Source: an uncultured Bacillales bacterium (GTDB lineage Bacteria; Bacillota_I; Bacilli_A; RFN20; CAG-826). Taken from it: a stretch of 48,188 bases of DNA. Positions 1-9,103 of this stretch are shown here, piece after piece. The notes below the pieces were generated by a model. The model saw only the letters and a program-made list of their open reading frames with translations. It did not search any database and was not told the origin of the DNA. Positions within the stretch are counted from its first letter, which is position 1. Each line of letters opens with the position of its first letter. The translations under genes and the position numbers were made by a program. The DNA is taken from the NCBI GenBank assembly GCA_946414915.1, contig CAMKQK010000003.1:1-48188 (forward strand). Reading direction: 5' to 3'.

Positions 1-912
1 GCGAACTATTTAGATAATATTCCTGGTCCATTAAGAGATCGTCTTGAATTAATTCAACTTTCTTCCTATACCGAAATCGAAAAGATGCACATCGCTAAGG
101 AACACTTAGTGAAAAAGCAAATCGCTCTTAACGGTTTAAAAGAAGAACAAGTATCCTTCGAAGATGACGCTTTAACATTCATCATCCGTTCTTATACAAG
201 AGAAGCGGGTGTTCGTGAACTCGAAAGAAAGATTGCTTCTTGCTTAAGAAAAGTGGCAGTCGCTTATGTTAAAGATCCAAGTATCACTCACACAGTGGTC
301 ACACCTGACAAAGTCAGAGAATACCTTGGTGTTCCATATTTCGAAGATACCCAAAAAGAAAAAGAAGCCCAAGTCGGTGTTGTTACTGGCTTAGCTTATA
401 CAGAATACGGTGGTGACATCTTGCCAATCGAAGTTAATTACTTCAAAGGTAAAGGTGCTCTCATCTTAACTGGTCATTTAGGCGATGTCATGAAGGAAAG
501 TGCCTCTATTGCCCTTGACTATGTCAAGAGTAACGCTGAAGCCTTCCAAATTGACCCAGAATTATTCGCTAATAATGACATCCATATCCACGTACCTGAA
601 GGTGCTGTACCAAAAGATGGTCCAAGCGCAGGCGTGGCCATGACATGTGCAATAATATCTTGCTTAAGCAAACGTCCAGTTTCTCCAGATGTGGCGATGA
701 CTGGTGAAGTGACCTTAAGAGGACAATCCTTACCAATCGGTGGTTTAAGAGAAAAATCTTTAGCCGCCTTAAGAAGTGGTATTAAGAAAATTGTCGTACC
801 AAAAGACAATAAGAAAGATGTCGACGAACTTCCAAAGGAAGTTAAAGACACTTTACAAATCGTCTATATGTCTTCAGTAGAAGACGCAATTAAAGAAAGC
901 TTTGTGAGATGA
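1..912 (+). CDS. lon: Lon protease, C-terminal portion (5' end outside window)
   Basis: Frame 1 is open from base 1 (ANYLDNIPGPLRDRLELI precedes the listed Met). Proteolytic-domain motif PKDGPSAGVAMT. lon-engB adjacency as in Bacillus. Confidence 0.93.
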   Translation, partial: ANYLDNIPGPLRDRLELIQLSSYTEIEKMHIAKEHLVKKQIALNGLKEEQVSFEDDALTFIIRSYTREAGVRELERKIASCLRKVAVAYVKDPSITHTVVTPDKVREYLGVPYFEDTQKEKEAQVGVVTGLAYTEYGGDILPIEVNYFKGKGALILTGHLGDVMKESASIALDYVKSNAEAFQIDPELFANNDIHIHVPEGAVPKDGPSAGVAMTCAIISCLSKRPVSPDVAMTGEVTLRGQSLPIGGLREKSLAALRSGIKKIVVPKDNKKDVDELPKEVKDTLQIVYMSSVEDAIKESFVR

Positions 913-1487
913 TCAACTTTTTAAACGCGACATTTATCAAATCTTGCCCAAATAGAGACGAAAGACCTCAGGCGCAAAAACCTGAGGTTTTAATCGTCGG
1001 GCGAAGCAATGTTGGTAAATCATCTTTGATTAATGCTTTAACCCAAAGAAAGAAACTGGCCTTTACTAGTTCTAAACCAGGTCATACACGTCTATTAAAT
1101 TATTATGATATAGACGGTAAGTTCTATCTCGTTGACGCTCCTGGATATGGCTACGCTAAAGGTGGTATTGACTTAGATAAGCTCTTCGCTGAAATGATGG
1201 ATTCTTATTTCACCAATAATCTAGATTTAAAACTTGTTTTAATTCTTCTAGATGCCAGAAGAGAACTGAATAACGATGATATTGAAATCATTGATTACGT
1301 TAAGGAAAATGAGATTCCTTTCGCAGTCGTCATTACTAAGTGTGATAAGGTTAATCAAAAAGAGAAAGCCGCGCTTAATAAACATCTCAAAGAAATGGAA
1401 CTTACTAACGAACAGGTTTATTACACATCCGCTTTAAAGAACAACACTTTAGACCTTTTGAAAAAAGGGATTGAGAAAAGCCTTTAG
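909..1487 (+). CDS. engB: Ribosome-biogenesis GTPase EngB/YsxC
   Basis: G1 GRSNVGKSSLINAL, G3 DAPGYG, G4 TKCDK. ATGA start/stop overlap with lon. Confidence 0.9.
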   Translation: MINFLNATFIKSCPNRDERPQAQKPEVLIVGRSNVGKSSLINALTQRKKLAFTSSKPGHTRLLNYYDIDGKFYLVDAPGYGYAKGGIDLDKLFAEMMDSYFTNNLDLKLVLILLDARRELNNDDIEIIDYVKENEIPFAVVITKCDKVNQKEKAALNKHLKEMELTNEQVYYTSALKNNTLDLLKKGIEKSL

Positions 1488-1498
1488 TTTAGTATAAT
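1471..1498 (+). promoter_or_regulatory. Sigma-A-type promoter for the valS leader
   Basis: TTGAGA (1471-1476), 16-nt spacer, TATAAT (1493-1498), just upstream of the T-box leader. Confidence 0.5.
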
Positions 1499-1504
1499 AA
1501 TTAA

Positions 1505-1705
1505 CGTCCGTTGAAGAAGAGGAGTAATCTAATTACCGCTCATAGAGAGTCGAGGATGGTGGAAGCTCGACAGCAGGCTTAGATGAAGGTCGCTTTGGAG
1601 GAATAGTTACCTAGCGAAAATAGGTTAATGAAGTGCGTAGGCCTAATGTCTACGAACTAAGGTGGTACCACGCGTAAGCGTCCTTAGATAGGGCGTTTTT
1701 ATTTT
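1505..1705 (+). promoter_or_regulatory. T-box riboswitch leader (Val specifier) controlling valS
   Basis: AGAGAG stem-I element. GAAG-GUC-G specifier context (GUC at 1589-1591). T-box sequence GGTGGTACCACGCG (1661-1674). Terminator hairpin GCGTCC..GGGCGT followed by TTTTTATTTT before the valS SD. Confidence 0.85.
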
Positions 1706-1719
1706 ATGGAGGTAAGTTT

Positions 1720-4314
1720 ATGTTAGATAAACGTTACGATCACTTACAAGTAGAGAAAGATAAATACCAGAACTGGAAAGAAAAAGGATACTTCACAAGT
1801 GGTGATATTTCTAAGAAACCATTTAGTATTGTTATTCCTCCTCCAAACGTTACTGGTAAGTTACATATTGGTCATACTTGGGACACGACGATTCAAGACA
1901 TTATTGTCCGTTATAAGAAAATGCAAGGCTATGATGTTTTATGGCTTCCAGGCATGGATCACGCGGGTATCGCAACCCAAGCTAAAGTTATGGAAAAGCT
2001 CAGAAATATGGGCAAAGACGTGACAAAAATCACACGTGAAGAGTTTTTACAGTGGGCTTGGTCATGGAAAGATGAATACGCAAGCCACATCCATGAACAA
2101 TGGGCACAAATGGGCTTAGCGTTAGATTATACAAAAGAAAGATTCACCCTTGATGAAGGCTTAAACTACGCTGTTAGAACAGTCTTCGTCACCTTATATA
2201 ACAAAGGATTAATTTATCAAGGCGAAAGAATCATTAACTGGGACCCGGTGCAAATGACTGCGCTTTCTAACGTCGAAGTTATTCACCAAGAGGATAAGGG
2301 TTATATGTATTATTTCAAATACCCAATCGTCGGTTCTGATGAATACTTAACAGTGGCCACAACTAGACCTGAAACCATGTTTGGTGACGTCTGCGTTGTT
2401 GTTAATCCTAAAGATAAAAGATATACAAAATATCACGGAATGAAGGTTATCAATCCAGCAAATGGTGACGAACTTCCAATTATCTGTGATGAATATGTCG
2501 ATATTGAATTCGGTACTGGTGCGATGAAATGTACACCTGCTCATGACCCTAATGACTTTATCATTGGTCAAAAGTATGGTTTAGAAATGCCAATCATCTT
2601 TAATAAAGATGCCACGATGAATGAAAAGTGTGGTCAATACAAAGGCATGGATAGATTCGTCTGCCGTGAAGCCTTAATTGAAAACATTAAGAAAGATGGT
2701 AACTTTGTCAAACAAGAAGAAATCGTCCACCCAGTTGGTCATAGTGAAAGAAGTAACGCAGTCGTGGAACCAATGCTTTCTAAACAATGGTTCATCAAGA
2801 TGCGTCCTTTAGCCGATCAAGCTTTAGCTAACCAAAAGAAGAAAGGTGATAAAGTTTCATTCGTTCCAGATCGATTTGAAAAAGTCTTTATCCAATGGAT
2901 GGAAAAAGCGGAAGACTGGTGTATTTCCCGTCAATTATGGTGGGGTCACCGTATTCCTGCTTATTATAATAAGCATACTGGTGAAGTTAAGGTCTTAATG
3001 GATCCACCACAAGATATGGAAAACTGGGAACAAGAAAGCGATGTTCTTGATACTTGGTTCTCCAGTGCTTTATGGCCATTCTCCACAATGGGCTGGCCAA
3101 ACAAAACTCCAGAATTAGAAAGATATTTCCCAACCGATGTTTTAGTTACTGGTTATGACATTATCTTCTTCTGGGTTTCAAGAATGATTTTCCAAAGCTT
3201 AGAAATGAATGGTGTAAGACCATTTAAAGAAGTCGTTATCCATGGCTTAGTGAGAGATGAATTAGGCCGTAAAATGTCAAAGACATTAGGTAATGGCGTT
3301 GACCCAATCAAAGTCATTGCGGATTATGGTGCTGACGCTCTTAGATATTTCTTAACCACTAACAGTACACCAGGTCAAGACATGAGATATATCGATGAAA
3401 AGGTACAAGCGGCTTCTAATTATTTAAATAAAATATGGAACAGCGCGCGTTACGTGTTATCTATCTTAGGTGATGACTATAAAGAAAGCGAATTATCTTC
3501 AGATAAGATGTCCGCTCTTGATAAGTGGATTATTAATAGACTTAATACCACAATTAAGAATGTGACCATGAATATGGATAAATATGACTTCAACGCGGCT
3601 AGTAACCACTTATACAACTTCGTTTATGATGATTTCTGCTCACAATACTTAGAAATGTCTAAAGTCGCTCTTAATAGCGATAACGAAGAAAGTAAGAACG
3701 CCACAAAAGCGGTCTTACTCAAGTGCTTGAAGAATATAATTCTTCTCATTTATCCATATACTCCATTCATTGCAGAAGAATTATATTGCTCACTTCCAAC
3801 ACATTTAGAATCCATCATGCTTGAAACATATCCAAAATATGATAAGAAGCTTTTTGATGATTCTAAAGACTATCAAGTCGAATTATTATTCAATCTCATT
3901 AAAGATGTCAGAAACTACAAGATTGAGAATAAGTTAGCGCCTAACGCTAGCCTCGACTTATCATTACTTCTTAAAGAAGAAATGTTTGAAGGTTTCCTTG
4001 CTTACTTGAAGAGATTCTCTTTCTCTGATGTGAAACTCTTAAACAAAGATCAACACGTTGAAGGCGAATCACACATCTATAATGAAGCGGAATTATACAT
4101 CGCTAGTGGTGTTGATAAAGCCGAACTCTTAGCGAAGTTAGATAAAGACATTGAAGCGCTTAATAACGAAATCAAACGTTGCGAAAACATGCTCAATAAT
4201 CCAAACTTCACAAGTAAGGCACCAGAGGCTAAAGTCGCTCTTGAAAGAGAAAAATTAGCCAAACATCAAGAAAATTTGCAAGTATTATTAGAAAAAAGAA
4301 AGAAAATTGCATAA
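1720..4314 (+). CDS. valS: Valyl-tRNA synthetase
   Basis: 864 aa. HIGH motif GKLHIGH, KMSKS motif RKMSKT, C-terminal coiled coil. GGAGG SD 8 nt upstream. Confidence 0.97.
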   Translation: MLDKRYDHLQVEKDKYQNWKEKGYFTSGDISKKPFSIVIPPPNVTGKLHIGHTWDTTIQDIIVRYKKMQGYDVLWLPGMDHAGIATQAKVMEKLRNMGKDVTKITREEFLQWAWSWKDEYASHIHEQWAQMGLALDYTKERFTLDEGLNYAVRTVFVTLYNKGLIYQGERIINWDPVQMTALSNVEVIHQEDKGYMYYFKYPIVGSDEYLTVATTRPETMFGDVCVVVNPKDKRYTKYHGMKVINPANGDELPIICDEYVDIEFGTGAMKCTPAHDPNDFIIGQKYGLEMPIIFNKDATMNEKCGQYKGMDRFVCREALIENIKKDGNFVKQEEIVHPVGHSERSNAVVEPMLSKQWFIKMRPLADQALANQKKKGDKVSFVPDRFEKVFIQWMEKAEDWCISRQLWWGHRIPAYYNKHTGEVKVLMDPPQDMENWEQESDVLDTWFSSALWPFSTMGWPNKTPELERYFPTDVLVTGYDIIFFWVSRMIFQSLEMNGVRPFKEVVIHGLVRDELGRKMSKTLGNGVDPIKVIADYGADALRYFLTTNSTPGQDMRYIDEKVQAASNYLNKIWNSARYVLSILGDDYKESELSSDKMSALDKWIINRLNTTIKNVTMNMDKYDFNAASNHLYNFVYDDFCSQYLEMSKVALNSDNEESKNATKAVLLKCLKNIILLIYPYTPFIAEELYCSLPTHLESIMLETYPKYDKKLFDDSKDYQVELLFNLIKDVRNYKIENKLAPNASLDLSLLLKEEMFEGFLAYLKRFSFSDVKLLNKDQHVEGESHIYNEAELYIASGVDKAELLAKLDKDIEALNNEIKRCENMLNNPNFTSKAPEAKVALEREKLAKHQENLQVLLEKRKKIA

Positions 4315-4336
4315 TTTTAGGAAAATTTTAAATTTG

Positions 4337-4369
4337 ACCTCCTATTAATTAAGTAGGAGGTTTTATTTT
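4337..4369 (+). terminator. Rho-independent terminator of valS
   Basis: 8-bp stem ACCTCCTA/TAGGAGGT with 9-nt loop, then TTTTATTTT. The 3' stem half is also the AGGAGG SD of the next ORF. Confidence 0.75.
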
Positions 4370-4552
4370 ATGACTTATAAACTAATGACTACTGAAGAGA
4401 TGCAAAATCACTATGTCGGTGAAGCCATTACATTAACCGCAGTGATGGCGGTACTTGCAGTCGCGATTGTCGCTGTTGTCATTTATCGCTTGTTTAGAAG
4501 TGGTAAAGGCGGCGTCTCAATTCCAGGTGGCTGGAAATTCTCTTGGAACTAA
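4370..4552 (+). CDS. Small single-pass membrane protein, unknown function
   Basis: 60 aa. AGGAGG SD 9 nt upstream. One hydrophobic helix (AITLTAVMAVLAVAIVAVVIY), basic/Gly-rich tail ending GGWKFSWN. Overlaps the radC start. Confidence 0.55.
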   Translation: MTYKLMTTEEMQNHYVGEAITLTAVMAVLAVAIVAVVIYRLFRSGKGGVSIPGGWKFSWN

Positions 4553-5253
4553 TGAGTAAGATTAATGATTTATCTTCTTTTGATAAACCAAGAGAAAAAG
4601 CGGAACGTTTTGGTATTGAGAAATTATCAGACGAAGAGCTTTTAGCGTTAATCATCAACGTTGGAACAGTGGGGCACTCATCTTTAGATATCGCAAAAGA
4701 TTTGCTTAATGAATGTGGCTCTTTGAACGGTTTACTCGCTAAACCATACCAATACTTTCAAACGTTTAAGGGGTTAAAGAAAGTTAACGCTTTAAAACTC
4801 GCGTCAGTGATGGAAATCGCTCGAAGAATCAATGAGAAAAGACAGCTCATCAATGAAGAAAATACTGTCGTCAATAGTGACTCTCTTTACCGAAGATATT
4901 CGCTTTCTTTGATTGGTAAAGAACAGGAATTATTTAACATTATTATTCTTAATAAGAATAAACAAATCGTTTATGAGAAGACTTTATACCAAGGAAATGA
5001 TAATAATGTCATTATCTCAATTCGCGATATTGTGAGGCTTATTTTGCTCCATAATGGTTACTATTATTATCTGATTCATAATCACCCAAACGATAATCCG
5101 GAACCAAGCAAAGCAGACATCAATTTCACTTTAAAAATCCAAGCTAAAACTAACAAGATTGGGGTTAAGTTGCTCGATCATCTAATCATTCATCAAAATG
5201 GTTATTATTCTTTTTTACACGATAAACTACTAGCACAAGATAAAAATGTGTAA
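4543..5253 (+). CDS. radC: RadC-family JAB/MPN domain protein
   Basis: N-terminal HhH-like region (SDEELLALII) and JAMM motif HNHPNDNPEPSKAD. The start could instead be the ATG at 4552 (MSKIND). Confidence 0.9.
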   Translation: MELMSKINDLSSFDKPREKAERFGIEKLSDEELLALIINVGTVGHSSLDIAKDLLNECGSLNGLLAKPYQYFQTFKGLKKVNALKLASVMEIARRINEKRQLINEENTVVNSDSLYRRYSLSLIGKEQELFNIIILNKNKQIVYEKTLYQGNDNNVIISIRDIVRLILLHNGYYYYLIHNHPNDNPEPSKADINFTLKIQAKTNKIGVKLLDHLIIHQNGYYSFLHDKLLAQDKNV

Positions 5254-5260
5254 AATAAAG

Positions 5261-5289
5261 TTGCACGCTTTTATAACTTATGTTATATT
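5261..5289 (+). promoter_or_regulatory. Promoter of the rplU-prp-rpmA operon
   Basis: TTGCAC (5261-5266), 17-nt spacer, TATATT (5284-5289). Confidence 0.6.
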
Positions 5290-5291
5290 AC

Positions 5292-5385
5292 ATGCGTTGT
5301 CGCCTCACTAGCTACAACCGCATAGAAAAGGTTTCCTAAACTTTATTAAGTACCTTAATAGCGAGTACTTAGTGAATTAACAAAA
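5292..5385 (+). promoter_or_regulatory. Structured 5' leader upstream of rplU (L21-leader-like)
   Basis: Two hairpins: ATGCGTTGT/ACAACCGCAT (5292-5323, one bulge) and TAAGTAC/GTACTTA (5347-5371). The position matches the L21 leader described in Firmicutes. Not verified by covariance model. Confidence 0.5.
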
Positions 5386-5396
5386 GGAGGGACATT

Positions 5397-5705
5397 ATGT
5401 ACGCAATTATTGAAACTGGTGGAAAACAAGTTCGCGTGGAAGTTGGTAGCAAAATCTACGTCGAAAAACTCGATGCCGAAGTCGGTGCCACAATCACCCT
5501 CGACAAAGTTCTCTTAATCGGAGACAAAGCTGTCAAAGTTGGCAACCCATACATCAAAGGTGCTAGCGTTGCTGCTAAAGTCGAAAAACAAGGCAAAAGT
5601 AAAAAAATCCGCGTCTTCAAGTACAAAGCAAAGGCTAACGAACACAAGACCATTGGTCATCGTCAACCATACACTTGCTTAGTAATCGAAGCTATCAATG
5701 CCTAA
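5397..5705 (+). CDS. rplU: 50S ribosomal protein L21
   Basis: 102 aa, [12 protein letters not shown]-terminus typical of L21. AAGGAGG SD. Confidence 0.97.
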   Translation: MYAIIETGGKQVRVEVGSKIYVEKLDAEVGATITLDKVLLIGDKAVKVGNPYIKGASVAAKVEKQGKSKKIRVFKYKAKANEHKTIGHRQPYTCLVIEAINA

Positions 5706-5707
5706 TC

Positions 5708-6019
5708 ATGATTAAAGTGATAATTGGCCGTGCATCTAATAATCAAATTAATTTCTTAGAAATTAAGGGTCACGCTAATAGCGCAGAGTATGGACAAGAT
5801 CTTGTCTGTGCCGCTGTCAGTGCGGTAGTGACTGGAGGATTCAATAACTTAGTGAACGTAAATAATTACGAAATCAAGTTAGAAGAAGGACACGCTTATT
5901 TCAAAAGCGAACGTCCATTAGATGCTCATGATGAAGTAGTGATTGAAACAATCGTATGTGGGTTAAACACAATACGTGAAGAAAATCCTAAATTCATCGC
6001 TATCAAAACCGATAAGTAA
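5708..6019 (+). CDS. prp: Ribosomal-processing cysteine protease Prp (YsxB)
   Basis: Lies between rplU and rpmA. GHA...DLVCAAVS Cys/His motif. Start moved to the ATG at 5708 (MIKVIIG), just after the rplU stop. Confidence 0.88.
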   Translation: MIKVIIGRASNNQINFLEIKGHANSAEYGQDLVCAAVSAVVTGGFNNLVNVNNYEIKLEEGHAYFKSERPLDAHDEVVIETIVCGLNTIREENPKFIAIKTDK

Positions 6020-6043
6020 TTCGGTAGAAAAGAGGAAATAAAG

Positions 6044-6328
6044 ATGTTATTTAAATTAAATCTCCAACTCTTTGCTAGTAAAAAAGGTGTCGGTTCCACA
6101 AAAAACGGACGTGATTCTGCTGGTCGTAGACTTGGCGCTAAAGTCGCTGATGGACAATGGTGCCATGCTGGTAGCATTATCTACCGTCAAAGAGGAACAA
6201 GAATTTACCCAGGTGTTAACACCAAAAAAGGTAAAGACGATACCATCTTCGCCACATGTAATGGTGTTGTGAAGTATGAACGTTCTGGCAAAGACAGAAC
6301 AGTCGTGAAAGTCGTTCCACAAGAATAA
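6044..6328 (+). CDS. rpmA: 50S ribosomal protein L27 with cleavable N-terminal extension
   Basis: [25 protein letters not shown]. The pro-peptide before ASKKG is typical of Prp-containing Firmicutes. Confidence 0.97.
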   Translation: MLFKLNLQLFASKKGVGSTKNGRDSAGRRLGAKVADGQWCHAGSIIYRQRGTRIYPGVNTKKGKDDTIFATCNGVVKYERSGKDRTVVKVVPQE

Positions 6329-6347
6329 TTGACAAAATTGAACATTA

Positions 6348-6372
6348 AGACCACAAATTAGTGGTCTTTTTG
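6348..6372 (+). terminator. Rho-independent terminator after rpmA
   Basis: Stem AGACCAC/GTGGTCT, loop AAATTA, followed by TTTTT. Confidence 0.8.
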
Positions 6373-6411
6373 TATGCTTTTCTTATATAATAGAAAAGAA
6401 AGAAGATTTTT

Positions 6412-7689
6412 ATGTTTATTGATCGTGCAATTATTGAAGTAAGAAGTGGTAAAGGTGGCGATGGCGCCATTGCCTTTTTACATGAAAAATATGTTGCTAA
6501 AGGTGGACCAGCTGGTGGTAACGGCGGTCGTGGTGGCTCAATCTATTTAAGAGCGAGTAAAACCATCAACACACTTTTCAATTTCCGTCATAGCAAAACA
6601 TTCATCGCAAATGATGGTGAAAAGGGCGGCATCAAAAATCAATACGGTAAATATGCAGAAGATGTCATCGTCGATGTCCCAATCGGTACTGTTGTCTATT
6701 TAGAAAAAGACAAAGAGTTCATCGGTGACTTAAACGAAGATGGCAAGATTATTAGAGTCGCTAAAGGTGGCCGTGGTGGTCGAGGCAATAGCTGCTTCAA
6801 GAGTTCCACTAACCGCGTTCCAAAGATTGCGGAAAATGGCGAACCTGGTGAAAGAAAAAGATTAATCTTAGAACTTAAGTTATTAGCTGATGTCGGTTTA
6901 GTAGGTTTCCCAAGTGTTGGCAAATCTACACTTTTAAGTGTAGTAAGTGCTGCTAAACCAGAAATCGCTGATTATCCATTTACCACAATTACACCAAACC
7001 TTGGTGTGGTCTCAGTGAAAGATGGTAGTTCCTTCGTGATGGCGGACTTGCCTGGATTAATTGAAGGTGCTCACTTAGGCAAAGGCTTAGGTTTACAGTT
7101 CCTTCGACACATCGAAAGATGCCGTGTCATCGTGCATGTGATTGATTTATCAGAAACTGGTAGAGATCCATACGAAGATTACAAGATTATTAACCAAGAA
7201 TTAAAAGAATATGGCTTCGCTTTAGATAAACGTCCACAAATCATTGTCGCTAGCAAGATGGATGAAGAAGGGGCAAAAGAAAAGCTTGTTAAATTAGAAA
7301 AACAAATTGGTCAAGAAATCATCCCAATTAGTGCCATTACTGAAGAAAATATTGATAAGTTATTGTATAAATGTGCGGCGGTCTTAAAAGAAACACCGTT
7401 ATTCCCACTCTATGATGAGAAAGAAGAAAACCTTGATCATAAGACCTACACACTTGAAGATGAAGAACCATACTTCACCATTAAAAGAATTGACGCTCAT
7501 ACTTGGTCAATTGAAGGCGATAAGATTCTTAAGTTCTATAAGATGACTAACATTTCTACTGATGAAGGTATGATGGTCTTAATGAGTAAGATTCGCTCTC
7601 TTCGCATTGATGATGAATTAGAAAACCGTGGTGCGGAAGATGGAGATACAGTCATCTTAGATGACTTTGAATTCGAATACGTGAGGTAA
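6412..7689 (+). CDS. obg: GTPase Obg/CgtA
   Basis: Gly-rich Obg fold (GKGGDGAIAF, GGRGG), G1 GFPSVGKST, C-terminal OCT-like domain. Confidence 0.95.
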   Translation: MFIDRAIIEVRSGKGGDGAIAFLHEKYVAKGGPAGGNGGRGGSIYLRASKTINTLFNFRHSKTFIANDGEKGGIKNQYGKYAEDVIVDVPIGTVVYLEKDKEFIGDLNEDGKIIRVAKGGRGGRGNSCFKSSTNRVPKIAENGEPGERKRLILELKLLADVGLVGFPSVGKSTLLSVVSAAKPEIADYPFTTITPNLGVVSVKDGSSFVMADLPGLIEGAHLGKGLGLQFLRHIERCRVIVHVIDLSETGRDPYEDYKIINQELKEYGFALDKRPQIIVASKMDEEGAKEKLVKLEKQIGQEIIPISAITEENIDKLLYKCAAVLKETPLFPLYDEKEENLDHKTYTLEDEEPYFTIKRIDAHTWSIEGDKILKFYKMTNISTDEGMMVLMSKIRSLRIDDELENRGAEDGDTVILDDFEFEYVR

Positions 7690-7691
7690 TT

Positions 7692-8432
7692 ATGAAATTA
7701 GAAGCTTACTTGAAAGTTGTCGAAGAGTTTTTAAAAGATTACCTGGAAAAAACACATTGTCAAAAATACATCTTAGGTATTTCTGGTGGTGTTGATTCCT
7801 CATTATGCGCTGCTTTAGCGAGAAACGCCGTTGGCAAAGATCGTTTGCTTTGCTTAATCCTTCCAATTGAAAGCGCTAAGCAAGACGAAGAAGACGCCAA
7901 GAAATTAGCAGAAGAAATAGACCTCAACTATGTTGTGGTTGATAACTCAGAAGCTTTCAAAAGCTTTATCAAGACGAACGAAGAACTCGGTGTGACTTTT
8001 GATAGAAGCACCTTAGGTAACTTCAAAGCGCGTCTTAGAATGTGCGCATTATATGCCTATGCACAAAAATATAACGGCTTAGTTATCGGTACAGATAACG
8101 CCGATGAAAGATATACTGGCTACTTCACCAAACACGGTGATGGTGCTTGCGATATCTTACCAATTGCTCACCTATTAAAAGGTGAAGTCGTGGAAGCAAG
8201 TAAATTACTAGGTATTAGCGATTATCTCGCTGAAAGAGTGCCAACCGCTTCATTATTTGAGGGTCAAACCGATGAAAATGAAATGGGTGTAACTTATAAA
8301 GACCTAGATAAATATATCTTAGGGGGCAAGGTTGCTCCTGAAGTTGAAGCACGCATCGAACACTTGCACAAAATAAGTGAGCATAAGCGTGTGGCCACTC
8401 CAATGGCACCAGAATTCGATAGAGGTGAATAA
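7692..8432 (+). CDS. nadE: NH3-dependent NAD+ synthetase
   Basis: PP-loop SGGVDSS. 246 aa. GAGGT SD. Confidence 0.92.
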   Translation: MKLEAYLKVVEEFLKDYLEKTHCQKYILGISGGVDSSLCAALARNAVGKDRLLCLILPIESAKQDEEDAKKLAEEIDLNYVVVDNSEAFKSFIKTNEELGVTFDRSTLGNFKARLRMCALYAYAQKYNGLVIGTDNADERYTGYFTKHGDGACDILPIAHLLKGEVVEASKLLGISDYLAERVPTASLFEGQTDENEMGVTYKDLDKYILGGKVAPEVEARIEHLHKISEHKRVATPMAPEFDRGE

Positions 8433-8530
8433 TGAAGGTTAATAAATTAGAGACAATTTTCCTTTCAAGCTTAGTCAGCGCTTTTGCCGTTTTCCTCTTT
8501 ATTATTCTCTTTATCCTCGTAAATTTATAA
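8432..8530 (+). CDS. Candidate 32-aa hydrophobic micro-protein (MKVNKLETIFLSSLVSAFAVFLFIILFILVNL)
   Basis: ATG overlaps the nadE stop by 1 nt. AGAGGTG lies 4 nt upstream. One predicted TM helix. Below the ORF-track length cut-off. No homology assessment possible. Confidence 0.3.
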   Translation: MKVNKLETIFLSSLVSAFAVFLFIILFILVNL

Positions 8531-8550
8531 AATTATAGAAGGTAATAAAT

Positions 8551-9102
8551 ATGATTTATTCTTTGAAAGGCAAAGTTTTATTAACTGATGGCGACACTGT
8601 TGTGGTCGATGTTCATGATGTCGGCTACCAAGTTTTAGTCAGCCATATTAGTGACTATGAAGTCGGTCAAGACGTCTTCTTGTATACCTATAATGTAGTT
8701 AGAGAAGATGAACAATATCTTGTTGGCTTCTCATCTTTAGATGAAAAGAAAGTCTTCTTAGCCTTAATCAAAGTTAAAGGTTTAGGACCAAAGACCGTGA
8801 TTGGCGCTTTAAGCGCAACCACAGTGGATGGTGTGAAGAATGCGATTGCCTCTAATAACGTTGCCTATTTAAAGAAATTACCAGGTATCGGTGCCAAAGC
8901 CGCTAGCCAAATCATCCTTGATCTCAAAGGTGAATTAACAGGCACTAAGGGTGACCCAACAGTTTACGATGAAGTGTATGAAGCCTTAAAAGAATTAGGC
9001 TTTAAAGGTGCAGCCATTGACCGCGTCTTAGCGACAATTAATGAAAAAGATGCCGCTCCTGAAGAAATATTACGTTTAGCTCTAGCTAAGTTAAAGAAAT
9101 AG
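8551..9102 (+). CDS. ruvA: Holliday junction helicase subunit RuvA
   Basis: 183 aa. HhH motifs ([16 protein letters not shown]). Adjacent to ruvB. Confidence 0.93.
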   Translation: MIYSLKGKVLLTDGDTVVVDVHDVGYQVLVSHISDYEVGQDVFLYTYNVVREDEQYLVGFSSLDEKKVFLALIKVKGLGPKTVIGALSATTVDGVKNAIASNNVAYLKKLPGIGAKAASQIILDLKGELTGTKGDPTVYDEVYEALKELGFKGAAIDRVLATINEKDAAPEEILRLALAKLKK

Positions 9103-9103
9103 T

